Shown here one piece after another: positions 1 through 5,673 of a stretch of 15,756 bases of DNA. Both the position numbers and the translations under genes were made by a program. Source of the stretch: a candidate division WOR-3 bacterium (GTDB taxonomy: Bacteria > Hydrothermota > Tepidihabitantia > SM23-42 > CAYGYG01). Within the stretch, counting starts at the first letter, position 1. The number at the start of each line of letters is the position of its first letter. Where the stretch lies: positions 1 to 15,756 of the forward strand of contig CBFGIV010000053.1 in the NCBI GenBank assembly GCA_965648915.1. Reading direction: 5' to 3'. The notes under the pieces were generated by a model that did no database searches, was not told the origin of the DNA, and saw only the letters and a program-made list of their open reading frames with translations.

Positions 1-31
1 GTGGGGTAAGGCCTATTTTTAGTTTTTGCAT
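1..31 (-). CDS. 5' end of a divergently transcribed gene running off the window (MQKLKIGLTP...), product unknown
   Basis: ATG at 31..29, SD AAGGAGG at 43..37, frame open to the window edge, and a promoter-like motif just upstream. Confidence 0.6.
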   Translation of the reverse strand, partial: MQKLKIGLTP

Positions 32-48
32 ATCTTCCTCCTTGCCTC

Positions 49-77
49 ATCATACCTTAAAATTCCTAAAAAATCAA
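49..77 (-). promoter_or_regulatory. sigma70-type promoter for the leftward gene
   Basis: On the - strand: TTGATT (77..72), 17 bp, TATGAT (54..49), then SD and ATG. Confidence 0.55.
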
Positions 78-112
78 AAGGAAAAGTGGAGAGGACTCAG
101 TTTTTTTTCCTA

Positions 113-140
113 TTGACAGAATTTTATAAATGTGTAAAAT
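113..140 (+). promoter_or_regulatory. sigma70-type promoter (upstream P1)
   Basis: TTGACA (113-118), 16 bp, TAAAAT (135-140). Confidence 0.55.
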
Positions 141-180
141 TGGTTATCAGGTCGGGAGAATAGTCAGATTTTTTTGTTCT

Positions 181-201
181 TGCCTGCCCCGGACAGGCAG
201 G
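181..201. repeat. GC-rich REP-like palindrome TGCCTGCCCCGGACAGGCAGG
   Basis: TGCCTG (181-186) pairs with CAGGCA (194-199); alternatively CCTGCC pairs with GGCAGG. It is a GC island within AT-rich intergenic DNA. Confidence 0.5.
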
Positions 202-277
202 GTAATCATATTATTTGACGGGTGCGGATAATAATATTTTGTGTTTTTGTGATTGGTAAGTCTTAATTGGAGGAAGA

Positions 278-379
278 TTGAGCAAAAATGTAAGGGTAGG
301 GCTTATTTCTGTCTTTAAAAAGGTTAAATTTCTACTGAGAGATTCTCTCTCTCTCTCTCGAGAGCGAATACCGTACTAA
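278..379 (+). CDS. putative 33-aa leader ORF MSKNVRVGLISVFKKVKFLLRDSLSLSRERIPY containing a (TC)8 tract
   Basis: GGAGG at 269-273, TTG at 278, TAA at 377-379, downstream of promoter P1. No homology evidence. Confidence 0.3.
   Translation: MSKNVRVGLISVFKKVKFLLRDSLSLSRERIPY
344..359. repeat. (TC)8 dinucleotide simple sequence repeat
   Basis: TCTCTCTCTCTCTCTC read directly at 344-359. Confidence 0.95.
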
Positions 380-390
380 TCGCCTTTTTC

Positions 391-439
391 CCATCTTCCA
401 TCCTCTATCTTCCATCTTTTATTCTCCATCCTCCAATCT
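391..439. repeat. degenerate 7-mer tandem array, consensus CCATCYT x7
   Basis: CCATCTT CCATCCT CTATCTT CCATCTT TTATTCT CCATCCT CCAATCT. Confidence 0.85.
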
Positions 440-442
440 TTT

Positions 443-483
443 TCGACCTTTCGACTCCTCGACCTTCAGACTCTTTCGACCCT
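443..483. repeat. degenerate 8-mer tandem array, consensus TCGACYYT x5
   Basis: TCGACCTT TCGACTCC TCGACCTT CAGACTCT t TCGACCCT. Confidence 0.8.
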
Positions 484-560
484 TAACCTGGAGGTGGAAG
501 ATGATCTAACATAACCCTAAATCAACTCTTTCTCATCAGTCTGCTTAATGCAGAAAATCC

Positions 561-588
561 TTGACAGATAAAGGTTTTGTATTATAAT
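561..588 (+). promoter_or_regulatory. consensus sigma70 promoter (P2) for the large BNR gene
   Basis: TTGACA (561-566), 16 bp, TATAAT (583-588); SD AAGGAG at 592-597 and ATG at 604. Confidence 0.75.
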
Positions 589-603
589 GATAAGGAGATT
601 AAA

Positions 604-3600
604 ATGTGGTATAAGATAATAAATGCAGTCAGCATCATTACAATAATGATTGGTTTGGGCCAGGCAGCCCTGCCACCCGATGGCTGGCGGGATACAATGG
701 TGATATGTAATGGTGACAATATTGATAGCGAGGGGCGAATTGCCAGCGGGGGCAGGGATGTGCTTCATCAGGCCTGGATCCGGGGAGGATCTTTTACCCG
801 TGAAATATACTATCAGCAATCACTTGACAATGGATATAAGTGGGGAAACCGGTGTCAAATATCCAATGCCGGTGCCCTTGCACAAGAAGTGCTTGACTAT
901 GCACTGGCTGCTGATCCAAATGGGAATGTCTACTGTGTATGGAGCCAGTACTGGTATGACCCTACTTTCCATGTCCGCCTCTGGTGGTCATATTCTCATA
1001 ATAATGGCATCACCTGGTCTAATCCAGTAGACATCACTGATGATATTGAATTGCCTACAGAATCCGTCAGGGATATGCAACCGTCTTTGAGTATCGATAA
1101 TCAAGGTCGGCTTCATCTCGCTTTCTTTTACGCACAGGCAATAGACCCGCACCACGAATGGCTCTATGTTCGCTATTCGTATTATCCGGATAGCATCGGT
1201 GGTTGGGCGCATTATGAGACTATTGATGATTTTGGGTTACATGGATCTAATTACTATTACCCGTATCCTTCAATCACTACAATCGGAACCGTTCCTCATG
1301 TCGTTTATGCTCAGAATGAAGGGGCCGATGAAAATCCAAGGTATGTATATGTTTGGCATTCAGTAAGAATTAGCCAAAATAACTGGCAAAGATCTGAGAT
1401 TGCCTATTATGGTGGGTATACACGAGTTTATGGAACAGACTTAACGATCTCTCCGAACGGTAATCTTCATGCTCTTTGGACTCGTAAATTTGTTAAGGCA
1501 GCATACAATATTCATTACGCTCGTTCGCTTGACGGTGGAACAGTTTGGCAAGATTACAAAGTATTGCAGGAAGATCTTGAACTTGGTGGACTCATCGGGG
1601 CTGATGCCAAAGGCGTACATGTCATAAGCAGTAACACCTATGATTTATTCTATCACTATTCAATAGATGGTTCTGAATGGCAAAATCCACAAGTGATTCT
1701 ACAGAACAGCAATCCTTCAATCAAACATTTTATCAACGACATAGTTGCAAATTATTCAGGACGCTCTGTGGTCTTCGAGAATGGCTATGGAGGAGATGAT
1801 GCATCAGTAGGCTATTTTGCCAACGACGATACATTGCTCTCAGACAATTCCGAAGCCACGGCCTATAACTGGGGCCGGCATCTGGTCCGGGATCCATTTA
1901 CGAATCGTCTCCATTTAGTCTATTTTTCCCAGAATCGCCCTCATTACACCTATTCTGATGATGAAGGCAGGACCTGGGCACCATATCATATCATCGAGAA
2001 TTTTGATTTTACCGGCAAAGACAGGGGTCGGTATCCCTCAATTGGTCTTTTTGTCACACCGACCGATGCCTTAAATCCCTGTGTTGCCTATATTTCACCA
2101 ACATCTTCAGGTGATACCCTAAAATACCGGTGGTGGGATGCGGCGATCAATCAATGGCAGGGTTTCTGGTTATATAATGACAATCTCTTCTACAGTGCGC
2201 CTTCGATAACAGTAGCGGGTGAGATGGTGAATTTGGTTGTGGTGGTCAGGGATTATCTTACCTCCCAGTATGGAGTCATCTATTATGAATTCCCTTATTA
2301 TGCGACCGGTCCGGGTTTGCCCGAGGTCATCGAGCAGGGGATGATGGATATTTACAACTCACCCTGTATTACCATAGATGGCAACTGGGATAAACATGTG
2401 GTTTATGAAAAGAGCGGTGATGTTATTTATATGCGACGGTTTGGACCGAATGACTGGCGACCTGACCGACCTTTTCCATCTACACCCGAGGAGTCGGTAA
2501 CGCCTTTTATCGAAGCATACGGTGATCATCTCTATGTGCCCTATGCCGAGGCTGATCCAACGACGGGCTGCTATGATATCTTTAGAAGATGGCGAAGAAT
2601 TCAACCACCCGGGAACTGGTTGATTCATCCAGAAGAGATCAGCAAGTCACCGGGTATTCCTTCTGAATGTCCGGTTTCTGCCTGGAGTGATTTCACGGTC
2701 TGGGCTGAACAGGGAGATGGCGATATCGAGTTTGATCTCAAATACTACTGGCATCCTGAGAATCGATCAGGGTTTATTTCGACAGCACCGGTAAATGACT
2801 ATTATCCCCACAGTCAGATGTATTATGACTGGTTGGGTGGTAGCACCGTCCTTTTAACTGCCTGGACCAAGGGTCTGATGACGACACCGCCTTATCGCAT
2901 TGCCTTCCAGAAGATGGGTTTCTTACCACCACCCGATGGTTTTGGGACCTATTATCCGGTAATCACCGGAAATAAGGAGCCATCTTTCTTCTGCACCAAA
3001 AGGGATACCTTTATAAGATACCAGCGTTATAATGTGGATTATGGTAAGAATGAGTTAATCTATACTTTAACTTTGCTCAATCCGGTCTATCCTGCTTATA
3101 AGGTAAAGGTTCTCTCCTATTTTGAAGGCACAGGTAATCGGTCGGAGAAAGTATTGGTTGATGGTCGAGAATTTGCAACCTTGAATCTCAAGTCCAATCA
3201 ATTGAACACCTCAGAGATTCTGATAACCAGAGAATACTACAAGAAAGACCACCGGGCGGTTGTTTCATTTCAGGGTGCTGATGGTGTCAGTAAAGCGGGT
3301 CTTGTTGTTTATCAACTGGAGAAGGTAACATCTGGTGGCTATGCTGGTGGTGGCAGTCAATCAGCCGAAACTGGCAGTAGTTTAAGCACCGATGAATTTG
3401 AAATAAGACCCAATCCAGCAAAAGGTGGTGCAATGATAACCTTTTTACTCAAGAACAGAGCAAGTGTCCAATTAAAACTGTATAATGCTTCTGGTCAACT
3501 CATTCAGGATATAGTTAATGGGATAACAGATAAAGGGATTCATCAGTTCTCATTAAAGAAAGGTTTACCAGCCGGAGTCTACTTTGTCACATTTGAGGTT

Positions 3601-3642
3601 AATAAAAAGAAGATAACCGAGAAAGTTACAATCATAAGGTAA
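604..3642 (+). CDS. secreted BNR/Asp-box beta-propeller protein with C-terminal T9SS type A sorting-like domain (1012 aa)
   Basis: Start moved from 577 to ATG 604, supported by the SD and signal peptide MWYKIINAVSIITIMIGLGQA. Asp-boxes SLDNGYKW, SHNNGITW, SLDGGTVW, SIDGSEW and SDDEGRTW; GGGSQS linker; C-terminus PNPAK...LYNASGQLI...LPAGVYFV...TEKVTIIR. Confidence 0.85.
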   Translation: MWYKIINAVSIITIMIGLGQAALPPDGWRDTMVICNGDNIDSEGRIASGGRDVLHQAWIRGGSFTREIYYQQSLDNGYKWGNRCQISNAGALAQEVLDYALAADPNGNVYCVWSQYWYDPTFHVRLWWSYSHNNGITWSNPVDITDDIELPTESVRDMQPSLSIDNQGRLHLAFFYAQAIDPHHEWLYVRYSYYPDSIGGWAHYETIDDFGLHGSNYYYPYPSITTIGTVPHVVYAQNEGADENPRYVYVWHSVRISQNNWQRSEIAYYGGYTRVYGTDLTISPNGNLHALWTRKFVKAAYNIHYARSLDGGTVWQDYKVLQEDLELGGLIGADAKGVHVISSNTYDLFYHYSIDGSEWQNPQVILQNSNPSIKHFINDIVANYSGRSVVFENGYGGDDASVGYFANDDTLLSDNSEATAYNWGRHLVRDPFTNRLHLVYFSQNRPHYTYSDDEGRTWAPYHIIENFDFTGKDRGRYPSIGLFVTPTDALNPCVAYISPTSSGDTLKYRWWDAAINQWQGFWLYNDNLFYSAPSITVAGEMVNLVVVVRDYLTSQYGVIYYEFPYYATGPGLPEVIEQGMMDIYNSPCITIDGNWDKHVVYEKSGDVIYMRRFGPNDWRPDRPFPSTPEESVTPFIEAYGDHLYVPYAEADPTTGCYDIFRRWRRIQPPGNWLIHPEEISKSPGIPSECPVSAWSDFTVWAEQGDGDIEFDLKYYWHPENRSGFISTAPVNDYYPHSQMYYDWLGGSTVLLTAWTKGLMTTPPYRIAFQKMGFLPPPDGFGTYYPVITGNKEPSFFCTKRDTFIRYQRYNVDYGKNELIYTLTLLNPVYPAYKVKVLSYFEGTGNRSEKVLVDGREFATLNLKSNQLNTSEILITREYYKKDHRAVVSFQGADGVSKAGLVVYQLEKVTSGGYAGGGSQSAETGSSLSTDEFEIRPNPAKGGAMITFLLKNRASVQLKLYNASGQLIQDIVNGITDKGIHQFSLKKGLPAGVYFVTFEVNKKKITEKVTIIR

Positions 3643-3651
3643 TACAATAAG

Positions 3652-3678
3652 TCAGGAGGGGCATTTTGCCCCTCCTGA
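3652..3678 (+). terminator. perfect 12-bp stem-loop between the two secreted-protein genes (terminator, stabiliser or regulatory hairpin)
   Basis: TCAGGAGGGGCA-TTT-TGCCCCTCCTGA. There is no U-tract downstream, so intrinsic termination is uncertain. Confidence 0.5.
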
Positions 3679-3691
3679 TACTGGAGGTTGT

Positions 3692-5470
3692 ATGAGACTA
3701 AAGATAATATCAGTCTTATTCCTGCTCATCTATCCCCTCGGGTCGATCAATTTCAGGCAGACTGCCTTTATCCCTGTAGGGGTAGAAGGCTGCTATGGCA
3801 GTGTCAAGGGCTTTGATGCCAATCATAATGGATCGGGTGATTTAATATTTGCTGCCCTTTATGCAACACCTCCGCTCCGCTATTATACAGCCTATTATGA
3901 ATATTCTCCCTGGAATCGATTTATTTTGAAAGATTCCATAACACCGATTAACTGTGATAATCCCTGGGACATCGGCTATCTTGATAATGATTCATTGACC
4001 GATGTGGTTTGCCAGCATTATGATCCAGACAGTCTTAAATCGGCCATAAGGGTTTATGAATCACCTCATTATTATGCCTATCCTACCCGTCTTGCCTGGG
4101 AGTGGATTTATGAATTCAATGGTGGTGCAGCCTCCCAGATGGTAATTGCCGACTTAGACCGGGATGGTCATAAAGATATTCTCACATCCGACTGCTATAT
4201 ACTTTATGTCTTTGAAAATATTGGTGACAATAATTATCGAAAAGTCTACTGGGACACGGTATGGTTTTCAATTGGATTCGGGTTTGGTGCTATTGCCGAT
4301 TTTGATCATGACGGAAAGGTAGAGTTTGCATTTAAGACTCGAAATTATGTTTCTGTTTATGAATGTCTCTCTGACAATCTTTATGATGAGGTCTTTAGAG
4401 ATACCTTACCCCGTATTCAAAATAGAAATGGGGTTGATCTTTGCACTGGTAATGACCTGGATGGTGATGGTAAAGAGGAGATAATTATCGGTTGCTATGG
4501 AGACCCCTCGGAATATTATCTATGGATCTACGAGGCAGTGGGTGATAATCAGTATGAGATAGCATTCAGAGATTCATTCTATCCCGCGGTAGGTGTCTGG
4601 AATGGTATAGAACAAAGTAGTTGCGGTGATTTAGATAGCGATGGTAAGGATGAGATTGTCTGGGCAGTAAGGGGTAACTGGCTGGTTTACAGGGCAACTG
4701 GCAATAATACTTATGAGAGAATTTTCAGGGCTTATCCTATCTGGAATCGCCATTTTACCACGCAGACCTGTATCTATGACTTAAACGGTAATGGTTATCC
4801 GGAAATTGTTGAGTCTGGCGATTCAGCCTATGGTGGTGGTGGGATAACAAGGACGGTCATCTGGGAGATCGAAGGCGTTCGTTTGCATCGCCCCAATGGT
4901 GGTGAGATTTTACAACCCGGTTCCCAATTCCCCATCACCTGGGAGAAGTTTACGCCACCCGGCGCCGACTCTTTTACTTTATTTGTTTCTTTTAATAATG
5001 GTTTAGACTATCGGACTATAACGACTATAAGACAATCAGACGACACTGTCTACGTTTGGTCTGTACCCGACAGTCTCTCCGACTCCTGCAAGATAATGAT
5101 CTGGGCTTATGGACCCCCGCGGGCAGGAGAGAACAAGCCCCGGGGCACGGCGTGGGACTTTTCGGACTCCACCTTCAGTATCAAGCAGACGGGAGTCCGG
5201 GAAGTAGCAAGTAGCGAGGAGCGAGTAGCGAGATTAAAGATTTTACAGAACCCAGCAAGGGGAGAAATCAGATTGCAGATAACAGATAACCGAAGTCAGA
5301 AGATAGGATTAAAGATTTATGATGTGTGCGGGAAGATGGTGAAGGATATAGTCTTTCGTCCATCTGAAGATGGACGCTACAGAACCATTGTGCTCAATCC
5401 CGGTGTCTATTTTGTGCGGTTTGAAAGTAAGGATAAGATAATTACAAAGAAGGTGGTGGTGATTGAATAA
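3692..5470 (+). CDS. secreted FG-GAP/VCBS-repeat beta-propeller protein with Ig-like (PNGGE) module and T9SS type A sorting-like CTD (592 aa)
   Basis: SD GGAGG at 3683-3687 and a hydrophobic N-terminus. Seven DxDxDG-type repeats: DANHNG, LDNDS, DLDRDG, DFDHDG, DLDGDG, DLDSDG, DLNGNG. C-terminus QNPARG...IYDVCGKMV...LNPGVYFV...TKKVVVIE. Confidence 0.87.
   Translation: MRLKIISVLFLLIYPLGSINFRQTAFIPVGVEGCYGSVKGFDANHNGSGDLIFAALYATPPLRYYTAYYEYSPWNRFILKDSITPINCDNPWDIGYLDNDSLTDVVCQHYDPDSLKSAIRVYESPHYYAYPTRLAWEWIYEFNGGAASQMVIADLDRDGHKDILTSDCYILYVFENIGDNNYRKVYWDTVWFSIGFGFGAIADFDHDGKVEFAFKTRNYVSVYECLSDNLYDEVFRDTLPRIQNRNGVDLCTGNDLDGDGKEEIIIGCYGDPSEYYLWIYEAVGDNQYEIAFRDSFYPAVGVWNGIEQSSCGDLDSDGKDEIVWAVRGNWLVYRATGNNTYERIFRAYPIWNRHFTTQTCIYDLNGNGYPEIVESGDSAYGGGGITRTVIWEIEGVRLHRPNGGEILQPGSQFPITWEKFTPPGADSFTLFVSFNNGLDYRTITTIRQSDDTVYVWSVPDSLSDSCKIMIWAYGPPRAGENKPRGTAWDFSDSTFSIKQTGVREVASSEERVARLKILQNPARGEIRLQITDNRSQKIGLKIYDVCGKMVKDIVFRPSEDGRYRTIVLNPGVYFVRFESKDKIITKKVVVIE
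5203..5232. repeat. 7-mer tandem array (AGTAGCG x4) within the coding linker
   Basis: AGTAGCA AGTAGCG AGGAGCG AGTAGCG AG. Confidence 0.75.
5269..5303. repeat. 7-mer tandem array (CAGATAA-like x5) inside the CTD coding region
   Basis: CAGATTG CAGATAA CAGATAA CCGAAGT CAGAAGA. Confidence 0.6.
5357..5380 (-). repeat. REP-like element (GTAG plus hairpin) embedded in the CDS
   Basis: The - strand reads GTAG CGTCCATC TTCA GATGGACG: a GTAG tetranucleotide followed by a perfect 8-9 bp stem. Confidence 0.55.
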
Positions 5471-5502
5471 AAACCTCTGATGCTACGCCCTGTGGACTTT
5501 TT

Positions 5503-5547
5503 AACCAGACAGACCAGAAAGACCAGATAAACCAGACAGACCATATC
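5503..5547. repeat. 9-mer tandem array RACCAGANA x5
   Basis: AACCAGACA GACCAGAAA GACCAGATA AACCAGACA GACCATATC. Confidence 0.9.
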
Positions 5548-5569
5548 ATCAGGGACTGTTCCCACAGGT

Positions 5570-5590
5570 CCAGAAGAAATTGTCTTCTGG
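5570..5590. other. 8-bp stem-loop in the 3' region of the FG-GAP gene
   Basis: CCAGAAGA-AATTG-TCTTCTGG. Confidence 0.45.
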
Positions 5591-5637
5591 TCAGGCGGAC
5601 AACCGGTTGAATCTCCAGGTCTATCTACAGAAAGTGA

Positions 5638-5665
5638 TTGACTTTTAAGTGATTTTAGTTAATAT
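5638..5665 (+). promoter_or_regulatory. sigma70-type promoter of nadB, probably giving a leaderless transcript
   Basis: TTGACT (5638-5643), 16 bp, TAATAT (5660-5665); ATG at 5674 with no SD. Confidence 0.6.
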
Positions 5666-5673
5666 TTAATAAT

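Noticed and set aside
604..5470. Diversity-generating retroelement targeting the secreted proteins
   Set aside because: No reverse transcriptase and no ~100-bp TR/VR pair with adenine-specific mismatches was seen in the window.
5503..5547. Repeat arrays (also 391-483) as CRISPR
   Set aside because: Units are 7-9 nt, directly adjacent and spacer-less, and there are no cas genes.
5471..5673. NAD-sensing riboswitch or hammerhead ribozyme upstream of nadB
   Set aside because: The likely nadB promoter lies downstream of the structured region. CTGATGC does not match the hammerhead CUGAUGA core, and no riboswitch consensus was recognised.
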